A stretch of DNA of 45,350 nucleotides, counting the filler, from Sphacelaria rigidula (taxonomy: Eukaryota), in assembly GCA_964200075.2 (NCBI GenBank). It is 2 parts of 2 records of this genome, joined end to end, with 100 filler letters (N's around TTAATTAATTAA, not from the genome) between each part and the next. Parts side by side here need not be neighbours in the genome. Positions count along the whole stretch, not along the records: positions 1 to 22,637 come from CAXNAA020000323.1; 1 more part is not named here. One strand, 5' to 3'. Made by a program: the position numbers and the translations under genes. Under the pieces are notes generated by a model. It was given only the letters and a program-made list of their open reading frames with translations. It had not been told where the DNA came from and did not search any database. Each line of letters opens with the position of its first letter. Position 1 is the first letter of the stretch. Of the stretch, positions 1 to 13,290 are shown piece by piece.

Positions 1-54
1 GGATGCGAGGTCAATGGTCTGATGACTATGGCATGCATGCTCATGAGTACACCC

Positions 55-330
55 CCCCCGAAGGTGGGATGGCTGAGGTGAGAGGCAAGCGATATATTCC
101 CCTTTGTTCCTTGCGTTGCTGCAAGGTAGGCCGAGCGCAACCCGACATCATGGGACCGCAATGGGCATAAGCCTGAGGGTAAGAGGGACCGAAGCAGACC
201 AAACCGCGAGCCGCCCGTGACGGTTGTACAGGACGTGAATCTAGAATCGCTAGGATGGATCAGAGGGATCGTTGAAAACAGGATCACGACTTGCAGCAGC
301 TGTCCAAATCCGACTCGTGGATGACGATTT
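55..330 (+). repeat. Dispersed repeat with an inverted diverged copy at about 5760-6060
   Basis: For example GGGCATAAGCCTGAGGGTAAGAGGGAC matches the reverse complement of GTCCCTCTTATGCTCAGGTTTATGCCC, and CTAGGATGGATCAG matches that of CTGATCCATCCTAG. Confidence 0.8.
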
Positions 331-440
331 TTGATGAGTTGCTATCCAATGGTGTAGGGGCGATTGATAACTCACTGTGAAATACAAGCACAAGCACCCG
401 ACCGCCCCACTCACAGAAGCAACAGTATAGTGCAGTGTAC

Positions 441-960
441 TGATTCAGTGATTGTTTGATCGATTGTCGCGCTTTATCTGATTTCCCATGGATCCGGCCG
501 TGGTCACACGATGAGCGTACCCGAGATGAAACTAAACAGAAACACTCGCTGGAGGAAGGTGAAAAGAACAGGAAGGTGGAACAGACACAAATACTAGACT
601 GAAGGACAAACAAACAAAGACAAGCGAAACAAAAGCGAAAACAAATGGGGATGGTCAAGCTCTGCAACATGATTTCAAGGGGAAAACTTCTTGCGCAACA
701 GCACATGCGTTCATACCCGAATGAGAAAAAACAAAAACCCATTACTTCAGAGTGTGATTTGTTCATCTCGACCACACTGATATGGGTATAAGCTCTCACC
801 CATGAACCTTAAGGCAGCGAGGCACCAAACTGCGACTTGTATATACCGGGAGAAAATAACACACATAGAGGAGTGGGAAAATAGAAAGAGAGCAGAGAAG
901 AAGGAAACTGCCGAAGTTATGAAGCCCAGAGACGCGGTACAGTTGAACAGGTAAAAAGAC
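441..960 (-). repeat. LINE/SINE 3'-end remnant (TGTGACCACGGC motif + CAAT-like tail)
   Basis: GCCGTGGTCACA at 497-508, a TGATT-rich tail at 441-466 and a purine-rich body. The same motif occurs at 16514, 17109, 20550, 30039 and 44282. Confidence 0.7.
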
Positions 961-1406
961 ACACATCAGGGGACAGCGCAAGACCACCGACCAAGGACAA
1001 AATTAAGGACAACCTCAACAACTTATAGAAAAGTACAGGGGTACATCGGATTCCGTGTTCGCCCATCTTCCAATAGTCATCGCAATTCAGGTCAAAAGTC
1101 GGCCATGCTCACGGTCACTTCCATCCTGGACTCCTCGCAAGCTGCTGCTGTTTTCGCGTCAGCGGTGACAGCTATACGATTAGCGGCTGTCCACGCAAGA
1201 TCCTCTCGTTTGTGGCGGAGGTCCGATTGGCCTTTGGCTTCGGGCCACCACACAGCACAACATTGTCAAACAGCGCGTTCACTCTTACATGGAGCCCGTC
1301 TGTATCGATTTTTCGGCGACGGTGCTATATCCTTTACAAGAAGATGAAATCCAAATGATGCCGATCCAACATAACATTTGATGTTGTCTACTACATCATG
1401 AACATG

Positions 1407-1660
1407 TAGACTTTCAGCAGCTGGATTTTTTTCATATTTTCACCTCTAGCTGTTCATTATACCGGAGAGCAGCATCTCAGCTCCTTTCCCACGGAGAGTG
1501 AAAGCCAAGTCCATACGATCGAGGTATAATACTCACGGAGTCCACCAGTCAGACCCGTAGACCCGCGATCCATCAACCAGCCGTAAACATGCTGCCCACA
1601 CGTTGTCCCAACTACATTCGTGTACCAAACCTAGGTGGCAATGGTAGGCAGAGTTTACAG
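1407..1660. repeat. Diverged direct repeat, second copy at about 4884-5131
   Basis: Shared blocks CTAGCTGTTCATTATACCGGAGAGCA, GAGTGAAAGCCAAG, TCAACCAGCCGTAAACAT, ACTACATTCGTGTACCAAACCTAGGT and CAGAGTTTACA. Confidence 0.85.
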
Positions 1661-4600
1661 TACTCCCAAAGCTAGAGGTTGACGAAATCAACACATCATG
1701 TTTACCGCGTACTATCGTCATTTTTGACATAGAATGACGATCCCTGCCGCTGTATTCGATAACAGCTTCATATCAGCTTGTTCAATTTCCAAACAGCTCG
1801 CAAGACTCCAAACCTTCATCATGAACACATAATTCCGCGATAATCCGAAGACCTGCACCATTCCGGGTCGCGGAGCAATAGCTGACGCCAAATTCCGAAA
1901 ACCTAGTCCAAAACCAGTCTCTTGACTCCAAACTGGCGAAGAAAACCGCAAACGGCAGCTAACGTCAAATTCCAAAGCATTCGTGACTATTCGTCCATGT
2001 CGTTCGAGAAAAGATACCTTCCAGTATACAAAATGCACTTTGGTACCTTCAACATCGGTGCGACAGAGTGCAACAGCCAAACTACACATTTCTCGGAAAC
2101 TATTTCGAAATGAAGTAAGTGTCCACACGTCGAAAACGCAGCTAGGCTCTTGCTTGTTCATCCCCGTGAAAGCGCCTGCATCGCACACCTCTAGTTCGGA
2201 AAAGCTTCAGAGCTTCATCGCGCCAGTCAACTCATGAAGACGATGAAACGAGAGCCATGACTCGAACCGCTATTCGAGCCGTGCATATCAATTCGACAAC
2301 GGCAAACGAACCGCGACCTCCGTCATCATTGACCACCTGTTGTGGTATCATTTCGGAATAAGGTTTATCGAGTGCACCCCATAAAAATTTAGATGAATTA
2401 TCCCACTGTGATTCAGGACTGTGGTATACCATCCGTCTATCAACTGCGATGCAAAGTGCTGTTCATGTCTCCACATACTTGCACCTCACCTACACCGCTC
2501 CTTTCAGACAAATGGACACACCATCCACATACCCCTCCAGACACGCAACCATCCATCAAAAGACGGACCGCGGTCAACGATCTCTGATGCATGCGCGCAC
2601 CAAATTTTAATTTCCAACCTAAAAGCACTCGCGTTACGCCTGCTCACGTACGATCGTACGCATTTCGCACTTTCCGCTCATATCCACGCCACCAGCAGTA
2701 GTTAGCAATCTTCGCAGACAATACGCGCAAACCGTACAAACATCATTTATCCCAGGGTCTGGGCGGACATGAACATGCGAGGTTCACCCTGTCCACCATA
2801 CACTGTATTTATCATTGCCGCACCCTAACGTTTCGCCAGAAAATATTTACACCAATAATATGATGTAGCGACAATTTAACATGCGCATGCCAGCACTTCA
2901 TCGAGCACATGCAATACAACCCTCCTCGCAGAAATCATTATACGTCATGGGCAGCACAACACACGGATTTCAAATGTGCACGTGTACACCAACATTTTAC
3001 CCAGCATGCGCAATACGATTATACTCGATCAACCGCCATGGTTGATGCGCAATCATGACCACAAACCACACATAAATAAGCTACAATCATCCTCAAAAAT
3101 CGTTCACAGATACCGGTCATCATATGTTTCATGATACTCAACAAGCACTCAATCATTGCAGCATTTGCTCCTCAACACCACCGAACCCCGTCCCCACCAT
3201 AACAGCAAGCACCTCAGGTAGTGCCCTCCTTGTCGTTCTCCAACCCGCCCCTCCAACTCAGCAGCACTCGGACCACAACACCCCGTGCACATCATAGAGC
3301 AGCGTTTCCACTCAATACTTGCTCCTTGCATCGAAATTACACTACAGCTCGCACCCCCACAGTGCCGCCCAGCTCACCACCAGCTGGGATGCCCGCACCG
3401 CCAAACCATAACGACAAACCATCTACCCTCACAGATCTTTGCGTAATACTGAACACCTGTTCTTCGGTCAGTCATATCGAGGCCACGGGAGGCAAAACGA
3501 GAACAGCCGCACAGGCCCGTACAGCAACACCCCCCGATGGCGTTACAGCATCCTCCCGATACACCCCACGGCGCAACAGTAGAGATACCTTCGTCATCGC
3601 TGCCAAACGTCAAATCTGTCCATGTAACAGCAATGCATACGACCACCTCGACGCCACACAACGTTCCACGTCGCCGTTACAATTGTGATCGCCAATAGAA
3701 TCACAAGCCTGAAAATCCCAAAATCCCCCAAAAAAAACGATTGTACAAAAAAAAAAAACTATCCCGAACCCAAATATTCAACCATTAATTAATCAATTAA
3801 TTAGTTAGTGAATCAAAACTGATGGTTGCAAGACATATATAAAGAAACACGTCCCTATTGCAGCACACCAGGGTACAGTACACCCAGAACAGGTTGTACA
3901 GGTAGAGATCTTGCAAGGCGTATCCTCAGCTACACGCAGGTCAGGCGGCGACAAGCAACTGGGACCTTCGCCTCTCAGCGCTTGCTCATCGACCCGTGTA
4001 AGCTCCGCCTTTTCAACAGCAGGGGCGGCAGCAGCAAGATCAATCGGACCCGCTTCAGTTGCCACCTCGTGTCTGCCTCGCTCCTCAACGGCAGCAGCAG
4101 CAGCAGCAGCAGCTATATTGTCACCAGCACCCTCATGGCTGCCTGCTGGGACGAGAGGATGTTGCGTGACCCTCTCGCCCTCACCAACAGCAGTACCAGC
4201 AGCAGCCAAAGGGAGCACCGCTGTAAGAGCTAGGCGGATTCCTCATTAGAGAACATGCGGCTGTACATCGTCACTTTTAACAGTCGAACAAGCTTTGCCG
4301 CTACCTCCATGCCTCTTCTTAGACTCCGAACCACCACGACATCCATCCATCATAAACAACGACAGTGCAGGACCTCGACAGCGTTTCTAGAACACCGTTG
4401 CCACTTCCCAATACAGAAACGACTCTTCCCCGTACACACCGAGACGCGCTTTACTACCCTACAACGGCGACTACGGCTCATCTTCCTCACACAGGCTCAC
4501 CACGTTTTGAAGTCCTCGAAGTCTTCTTGGCCGCGGCAGCAAACCTTGAACCAGCCCTCCTGCGATACCCTCGATCCACGCGCGCAGTGATTGCGCTGCG

Positions 4601-7600
4601 TTTATGGTAGGCCAGCTGTTGATCAACCCCCGGCGCCTTCCGCACGTGCGATATCACAGCCAACCTTAGCACTACCTCAGAGCCTCCTTGACTCTGCTCC
4701 AGCCAGCCCCTCTCGATGTGGACACGTCTTGAGGTGTCTTGTTTGCTGCAAGCTGGCCAGGCTTACAGATTCATGCCTTGCTTCATGTGTCGACCCTTTA
4801 ACAGCGGGCATAATGAACGTTCATAACAGAACTCTGTCGATCATGACCAGATAGGTACGTGGGCCCCTCCCATGATGGGGACGTAGACTTCAGTAGCTGT
4901 AGTCATTCATACGTGAACCCTAGCTGTTCATTATACCGGAGAGCATCATCCCAGCCCCTCTCCCAGGCGGAGTGAAAGCCAAGCTCAAACCATCGAGATG
5001 AAACTCTCGCAAGCCTGCCGATCATACCCACAGACCCACGATCCGTCAACCAGCCGTAAACATTCTTTTTAAATGTTGTCCCGACTACATTCGTGTACCA
5101 AACCTAGGTAACAGTGGTGACCAGAGTTTACATGCCGTCTGTACAGAAGGCAACCGACAATGATATGCTCTGATGTCCCTGTCGAACGGACGAAATTATC
5201 AAACAATCGACGGCGAAAATATTCCCTAACAACTATCGGAGGTCTTGCAATGTTCCCTCAGCGTACTCTCGCAACTGATTCACCTTTTATCCCACAACAT
5301 GATGCGAAAAATTAAACCGCCAGTGATGGTTGGCAAACCAGGAACACTTAGCAGTAAAGTTGTTGGGTGTTGTGATATTTGAACAGCTGTAAGGATCCAC
5401 CTTTCAGATTACACGCAATACAACAGGATACCAGAAATAACGGTGCCGTTGACCGGAGGAAGCGCATCGCACACTTTACCCCCAAATTGTTCAATGGGGC
5501 GAACCATGTTCTTACATCTCGGCGAGCACATTTTGATTGAAAAGTATGTTTCCTGGATACAACACCCACCCCAGTCAATCGATACAGACTTTGGGCGTAG
5601 GCGCGCTGCTTGACAATTTTGTGCTGTGTACGCTGCACTCCACTGCTTTTGTTGTGAGTGTAGGTGGTCGAGTGCTCGTGTTTGTATATATATAACATGT
5701 ATTTCACTAGCAGAAGCAAGTTGTAGTCAATTGCCGTCACACCATCGAATAATTAATTATCATCTATCCACGTGCCGCAGTTGGACATCTGCTGCAAGTC
5801 TTGCTCCTGTTTTTTAGTGATTCACCTGATCCATCCTAGATATTTATGTTTCACCATCCTGAGCACCTATCACGGACGGCTCGCGGTCTGGTCTTCTTTC
5901 GTCCCTCTTATGCTCAGGTTTATGCCCGTCCCGGTCTCGTGATGGGTTGTGTTCGGCCTACCTCGCAACAACGCAGGAAACAAATGCCGAGATTTGTGCG
6001 GCACATGCGGAAGAAAATGTATCGCCCGCCTCTCACCTCAATCATCCCGCCTTTTAGCGGGCGAGAAGTATCTTTCGCTGACTGATACTGTTTGCCAATA
6101 TTGTGTTGAAATGTCGACTTCAGTCCGCTCCCATAGAAAAATCTCGTTCGTATTGTCAGGATCCCGTGTTCCGTGTAGCGCTATATACTACAAGGTATGT
6201 ACGAGCAGAGCTAGCACGAAGATGTGCTGTCCTTGCTTTCGAATGAGTCTATGTGAGGCAACTGTTTTGCAGCGGCACCCTGTTGTATCGATTTCTTCAT
6301 AACCTTGAAGCATGATCCCGGGATAACCCCTTCTTCTGCACATGAGATGTGTTTTGGATACCTCGGAAGGAACGAGAAGGCCCGGTTGGGCTGGTTGTGC
6401 GCGGGTTTCCTACCCAAATTGTGTAGCAAATAGATGTGTCTCCAAAAGAGTTTTAGGGGAACACTATCTGATAAATGTTATGAAGATATCGTTCCTCCAA
6501 CTGGAGTTTTTGTTCCAATGTTCCGATATCGACATCTTACGGCCCATTATATTTTCCCTAATTTTTATTCGTGCGTGGCTGCGTACACGTACTTGTGGGT
6601 TGGGTTGCCTTGGTGCAATGTAAAGTGGAAATTGTCCCATCAAATGCAGCACTGCATCAGAAGGTACATCTTAACCGTGGCAGTGGGGGGGGTGCAAGAC
6701 CGAGCCATGATCGCGATCGACGGGTGCGGGCGTCACGCCAGGAGCGAAAACACGTATATATTTAAAGCTCGTTGTTGACCGTTCAGGGGCAGCTGTTCAC
6801 ACGCACAACGTTCAAACTTTCTGAGAAACACGCTAGAACAAGAATGTGAAAACATGAATCTGCTGCGGAGCCGTTTCTTGAGGTTTTCCATCCTGCGCGC
6901 TGTGAACAGGATTGAACTATTGGTCCCCCTCTCGCACGCTGCCACCCTTTTGGAGAGTGGGTCTCAGCGCCACAGTATAACTGGACGATGGCGATGAAGA
7001 TGTAGCTTTCATTGGAAAATGATCATATCACGTGCACATTCAGAGGATGTTGACAACGGTCTTCATCAGTGCCGCCGTTATCACAGACAGCACATGGCAA
7101 TATGCAGCCCTAGTGAAAGATAAGTGAACAAGTGTGCGAACGGATAGCATTGCATTGGCGGAGGACGGGCGTCGCGGTGAATTGCCATGTACGATTCCTT
7201 CTGTGATTGGCAATAGCGTGCAGTCAAGCTCGGCGCTCGTGCATTGGTGCTCCTTCCAGCTTGCGCGAGTTGCATGTCTCAACGACGTAACATCGAAAAT
7301 TTATGTGAAACTCGGCCCTCAGTTTTTCCATGTATGCTTTGCCTGATCACGACTGCCTGTTTCCCTGGTGTACAGAAAACTGCGATCAGGAGCGCGAGCA
7401 GGCGAAGTACAAGAGCTCCTAGACGACCTCTTCGGCAGGTTTTATACGGAGAGGCGCTAAGATACCGACAGCACAAATTCGCTTTGTCAACGATGCATGG
7501 GGATATGGTGTACCGCCGACGATTATAAGTCGTTCGGACAAGCCGATCCCAGGTTTGCTTTCCGTGTAAGGCATCTGCAGCACTTTTGCGCGGTGATGAA

Positions 7601-8522
7601 TTCAGCGGCGAGGGTAGACGAGCGACTGCAGCGTGACCATCTGTTTGGTTGTTTTCCCTGCGCTGATGTGCGGGAATTCATTCAAAAATAGAAATGAGGG
7701 AGCTCCTAAAACTCGTGTGGGTTGATGTACACCGCAAATCTAGTAGTCGGTGAAAGAAGCTACTATGCTTTCCAAGCGGCATAGTTTTGCCCGCGGTTCC
7801 GTGGTTTTGCACTTACTTAATAGCAGGTTGGTGTCCGGGCTGAACACCCTTTCGCGAGACATGGCTGCATGGTGCACGTGGAAGCACACACTGAGGATCT
7901 GACGTGAAGGGTTCGCGTCGACTCTGTTGTTTTCGTAGTGGCGGTGTGGTCCGTGCTATGCACTGCTGTGTTCCGGGTTGCTTCATAGCACACGAGTACG
8001 CGGTCGAACTCGGCGGAATATCGCGTGTTCAAGCGCAGCCTCCGCGGAAGATGAGGTGGTCGCCAACATGTCCCTTGCACACTGTCGTTCAAAACACAAC
8101 ATGCCACTAAACGCATCATGTAATAGCTATCGCTAGGCACTCAGAGCAGTGAACGGCAAGACCGAAGAACAGACGTTCCTCCGGTCTCTAGCTGGGTTTT
8201 CATGGCGCCATTCTGCCGCGTGTGTGCATGTGTGTGCAATGGTATCCCCTTTGGCTAATAAGATACAGGAAATCTTCCGGGCGGGTGCCATATGGGTACC
8301 ATGTTGGCAACTCAGATCAAAACGCAACCATCCAATTTGTATCAATTTTCTGGGACGATAAAGTGGTACTTCTCCACGAGAACAAACGAATAGCCGCCCG
8401 GTGGGTGAGAGTTGAGCGTGTCATACAGAGATCGCTACGGGCGGATTAACCACTAACCAACAACAAGTAGAGTACCCAATACCATGGGACCGGTGGTGGC
8501 GTGTCACCACGCCCAGAAGCCT

Positions 8523-8880
8523 GCAGTCCTACAGCTGAGAATCGGGTAAATAGTCATGATATCGTTTTGAACTACTGCAGCGAGTGGTGCTCTGCGGTCC
8601 ATGATTCCTGCCGTGGGCTATATGCAACGGGTGTTCCCGCAGTCCTACAGCTGAGAATCGGGTAAATAGTCATGATATCGTTTTGAACTACTGCAGCGAG
8701 TGGTGCTCTGCGGTTCATGATTCCTGCCGTGGGCTACATGCAACGGGTGTTCCCGCAGTCCTACAGCTGAGAATCGGGTAAATAGTCATGATATCGTTTT
8801 GAACTACTGCAGCGAGTGGTGCTCTGCATGCAGTCCATGATTCCTGCCGTGGGCTACATGCAACGGGTGTTCCCGCAGTC
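8523..8880. repeat. Tandem repeat, 3 near-identical copies of a 116-120 bp unit
   Basis: GCAGTCCTACAGCTGAGAATCGGG... starts at 8523, 8639 and 8755, with a partial fourth start at 8875. Confidence 0.97.
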
Positions 8881-9462
8881 AAATCAATGAACCGCGGTAG
8901 TGTACGTCGATACCTACCTACGGTACATCGATGCATGCGCTTCGGTCCACCTACGCCACTTTTGCCGTAGCAAAATTGTAGCAGGCCAACAAGTGCCCTG
9001 ATGAATCATTATCTGCTGACCCATCATATCAAGCAATACAACATCTCGTCGCTTGGGCTGTCCTGACATGGTAACTTTCACGTTCAACGCCGGCTAAACG
9101 ACTTCCTACCGTTCGGCCGTCTATTCACATGACACTTGCATCGGACAACAGGGCAGACTGTGTCCGACGACATTATCACTCCCTCCACCGCCCCCGCTCG
9201 TTCTTGAGACGTGTCTATCACTCATACCGTTGCTATACCCCCCTTTCATGCCATCACCGACAAAAATCATTCACATGTCATGCGCTGCCATTCAGATTTC
9301 GTACGTTATCCTTGGGTTGTACATAGCTGATGTGCTTGAGAACGACAAGTATACGACCCACCTACTGGCATTTTACCAAACCCTACAACCAGTCGACGTC
9401 CTCGTCACAGCAACTTCGATCAATGTGCGACTGATATCAATGGGCGAACGCTGCACGAAACA

Positions 9463-9600
9463 CTACGACCACAACCTGAAAGTGCAATCCGAAGACGAAG
9501 AAACTAGGCTGTCATCTGCTGGACTGAATAGCACACTTTGGACTGCGTCCTCGTGGCCCTTGAGCTCCGCCATCATCGCCATGGACACCGTGTCGAACAC
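9463..9600 (-). CDS. SPAG16: SPAG16/PF20 terminal coding exon
   Basis: ctccag|VFDTVSMAMMAELKGHEDAVQSVLFSPADDSLVSSSSDCTFRLWS-TAG, 138 nt. Confidence 0.93.
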   Translation of the reverse strand: MFDTVSMAMMAELKGHEDAVQSVLFSPADDSLVSSSSDCTFRLWS

Positions 9601-10189
9601 CTGGAGGCAACAAAGCGCCCAGATCACAATAAAAGCTTGTTAGTGCAGAAAGCAACCACGGGGCGGTAGACGCGTGTGTCCTGGTAATTCAGGGCTGAAG
9701 TGCACATGCACATCTTTGGGATTAGGTGTACACTCATGTGGACTTGTCGTTGATGCCCTTACTGGTATGTCTGTAGGCCGGCGTCATCCGTACGAAGATA
9801 GCATTTGCGCGCCATCATGTTATGCCTCGATCAGATAAAAAACAAAAAACATTCAAGTTGATGCCATCTTGCACGCATAGTTTCTATGGGGTTCACCATA
9901 TTGTCTTGCGTTGCATTTGGTCGATTATTCGGAAATTTTGAAAGGTACAGATAAGGAAAACTTGGACTACCCGCTAAAGGCACCTTGGAGTAAGGTCGTT
10001 GATTGGGCGTTTCATATTGGCTGTTCCGGTTCGATACAGTGGTGGGCATGAGAAACATGTGCCGAAAGTGAAGGGAAGGGATACGTGCTGAAGGAGGCCT
10101 AACAAAGAGGACGCGGATGACAGGGAGGTCACAAACATAAGTTGACGAAGACCGTCTCCTTGGTTTTCCTCCTGCCACGCCGCCCCTGG

Positions 10190-11510
10190 GTGAAGAAGAT
10201 GACACGATGTGCGTGCGAGAAGTGCCATGGTGCTAGACGGGGAAATATCCAGGGCTATACACGTTACACGTGCCATAGCGTTACACATTACGTTCACGTC
10301 ACGTTCTGGCCGAAACGTAACGTGAACGTTATTATTTTTTCACGTGATGAGCGTAACGTGAACGTAACATTAAAATTTCAAATGTAACGTTAACGCGAAC
10401 GTTATTTTTTTTACGTGATGAACGTAACATAAACGTAACGTTAGATTTCAAATGTAACGTTAACGTAACGCTATTCTTTTCACGTCATGAACGTAACGTT
10501 AAATTTTCACATGTAACATTGATGTAACGTTATATATTTTTACGCGACACGTCACGTAACGTGAACGTAACGTGAAATTATCGAATATAACGTTCACGTG
10601 ACGTTATATGTTTTTACGTGACACACGTCACGTGAACGTGTAAAGTGTAACGTGTATAGCCCTGGAAATATCAAAATAGCTCTAATGTGATATTTTACAA
10701 GGAGTTGCACAAGGGTGTACTTTAGATCACCCACTTTTTTCAAAGTGTTCATGAATAATCTGATGAGACAGAAGTAGCTGAGCAAGGAGTCAGGGTGGGT
10801 GAAGGTACGGTATGGGCGTTAATGTTTGCGGACGATTCGTGGGGATCTGCATAAATAAGTAGAGAAGGCGCTAGAATACACTAGGAAATGGATAGTGACA
10901 GCGAATGTGATCAAATGCGCGGTACCTACTTATATGTAACGAATACAAGGAAAACTTGGTAGGGTGCACATGGAAGTGGGGAGGAGAGGACCTCCTAACC
11001 GTAGACCAGTATACGTACCTTGGCATGGAGATACCAGAAAACTGTTCTTGGGATGCACACATGAATGAAGTAATATAAAAGAGCAAGGCACAGATAGGCA
11101 GAATGAACTTGATCCCAAAAGCTTAACATCTAGATACCAGGATCGAGAGATGAGTTTTGATGAACGTGATTATATCAAAGCTGAAGAATGCGGGAGTAGT
11201 ATAGGAGGAGAACGCGAGGTTGGTGAAGAAGTTGGAAACAGTACAGATGGCAGCAGCTAAGAAAACGCTTAGGTGCTCAAAACGATGAGTGATACAGCAT
11301 TGAGAGTAGAATTGAGAGTGTACCCACTTGAATGAGAAAAATGAATAGCAATATAGCGCAAGGAGCATGCCAAGAGAGAGAGAGTCTGCCATAGTTGATA
11401 GGGCCGCATGGCAGAATGTGACGCAAGTGCCGGCCGGAATCAGGGAGGAGAGTGTAGTCGAGAAAGTATGGAAGGACATAGAAGGAACTGAAGGCGAGAT
11501 AACTCTCAAA
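10190..11510 (+). mobile_element. Decayed LINE reverse-transcriptase fragment in the last SPAG16 intron (antisense to the gene)
   Basis: Remnant peptides ARSAMVLDGEIS, ILQGVAQGCTL, ALMFADD, ALEYTRKW, VDQYTYLG, LETVQMAAAKK, with multiple frameshifts. Confidence 0.88.
10250..10664. mobile_element. 415-bp hAT-like MITE with ACGT-rich interior
   Basis: Perfect 20-bp TIR CAGGGCTATACACGTTACAC / GTGTAACGTGTATAGCCCTG. 8-bp TSD GAAATATC at 10242-49 and 10665-72. An 8-bp TSD with CAG ends is characteristic of hAT. Confidence 0.93.
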
Positions 11511-12101
11511 GATTTATATTCCCGCCACTGTGTGCCGTATCACTGTTCTAGTAATAGTGGTTCTTGTGTGAGGTGCCGAATTTAATTCGTTAAGTTGATG
11601 CACCACCTGCGCGATGAAGATAAGCGATGCGTAGGACAAAAGACGCACCCTAAGGCCCGGAGTCGTTTGAAGCCGGCACACTTTTTTTTGTTGATGAGGC
11701 ATTTACCCCGCTCATTTTCCGTTTTTAACACTCAGTATATTGTATATTCGGTTAAATCAGGGGTATATTTCGCCACGACGAAACACCGGCATTTGTACTA
11801 CTATACTACTTCCGACGCCACAATGAAGCAAATTGTTCAAAAAATCGAACTCATGTCTACCCCTCCTTCCCCGTCTCTCCTTTAAGATTCTTCGAACGCT
11901 GGGGATAACATTTCAGAGTTATCGTGCGGCCATCTTTGGGCGCTCACGAATACCTCTCGCAACAACATATGCGCGTGTTTCCAGTTTTCAATCCATGCTA
12001 TGGATGGTGAGCACGACGCACTCAACCGTTTGGATTCCCCCCTTGTGTCATGCTAGCTCGCGCGTACGTACACAAACAATACACCTCATCCCGTCACCTA
12101 C

Positions 12102-12260
12102 CTTCACACTGCCGTCATTACTTGCAGCCGCCATTCTAGTTGCCGATCGATCGAAACACACCGCATTCAGCGGGTGCTGTCCTGCCTCCATCGTACCGAT
12201 CTCCGCCACCATACGGGCATCCCACAGCTTCACCACGCCATCTGCATCACACGAGCCCAC
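12102..12260 (-). CDS. SPAG16: SPAG16/PF20 exon (WD40)
   Basis: tgcag|VGSCDADGVVKLWDAR...AASNDGSVK|gtaggt, 159 nt. Confidence 0.95.
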
Positions 12261-12751
12261 CTGCATATACCGCGGACGTGATCGGAGGGTGTGTGTTGAT
12301 ATAAGTAAAAACAAAATATCAAGGGTCGCTCTACATGGACCCTATTTTTCATTTTAATTTATAAGTAGAATGTGCAGCTCTTCCGCGCACTGTTCAATGT
12401 GTACCACCTGAGGTATACTATTCTATACGAAAATCGCAAAGTGTCGTCGTTTAGTATGGTTCCGACGCACACCACTCGGGTAACCTTCGACGCCTTGAGA
12501 AATATGGCCATGTTTATTTTTGAAAGCCAATCAAGGAGCATTTCCTCGAATTTCACTGGAAATTTGAAGAGAGTTTGGCCTTGTTGTATCATTGTTTTGT
12601 TTAAGGATACGTTTGGCATTTTCCTAGCATGGTTATGATGAAGATGTCTGGCTTACGAGCAAGCTTGCTGAAGTCATGATGCAACATTAGTCCGAGGTTC
12701 ACATGAGAATGAAAAATGTCCTCCAAGGGGCGCATGTTGATATGCACTCAC

Positions 12752-12811
12752 CACATCACCCTTCAGACTGCTGCACACGTGAGTCACGGCGTTCGTGTGG
12801 CCGTAGAATGT
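12752..12811 (-). CDS. SPAG16: SPAG16/PF20 exon (WD40)
   Basis: cgcag|TFYGHTNAVTHVCSSLKGDV|gtgagt, 60 nt. Confidence 0.92.
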
Positions 12812-13115
12812 CTGCGTGCCGAGATGACATTTCAACGGGCGGAAAAGCACTGTTAAGTTCGGAGTGTTGACGAATACGCATGCGTATGCGTCGCAGGTAT
12901 GGTGGCAGCATACGTGTCCAATGGATTCCGAAAGTCTGGGTGACGGGTGAAGGCAATGTTTCTCGATAATAGTTAGCTTTAACGCTACTCGAGTCAGTCG
13001 CTATGTTTCTCTCTGCGATTTACTTGCGCACTTGTTTCCATACACATTTCTCGTGCATGTGCGTCGCGCCTACGGACAACTCCGTGGGAGCGCCTGCTTC
13101 AAAAGGCATCGTCAC

Positions 13116-13290
13116 CTGCATGCAAAGCCCCGACCGCGCATCCCACAATGAGACCGTCTTATCTCCAGACCCAGTACAAAGGTTATTCGTGAAAGGCTGC
13201 CAGCACACAGCATTAACAGAGTCCACATGTCCCCTGAATGTCTGACGACACCTCCGGCTTGCCAAGTCCCACAACCTTGCCGTGTGGTCC
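13116..13290 (-). CDS. SPAG16: SPAG16/PF20 exon (WD40)
   Basis: cgcag|G-DHTARLWDL...FRGHVDSVNAV...SGDKTVSLWDARSGLCMQ|gtgacg, 175 nt. Confidence 0.95.

Noticed and set aside
1718..2432. DIRS/copia-like RT in minus-strand ORFs
   Set aside because: Only vague resemblance with no catalytic motif, so left unassigned.
6090..8500. Possible gene or transposase relic
   Set aside because: No recognisable motifs or consistent exon chain in any frame I translated.
8523..8880. CRISPR-like array
   Set aside because: Units are 116 bp and contiguous with no unique spacers, there are no cas genes, and the context is eukaryotic.
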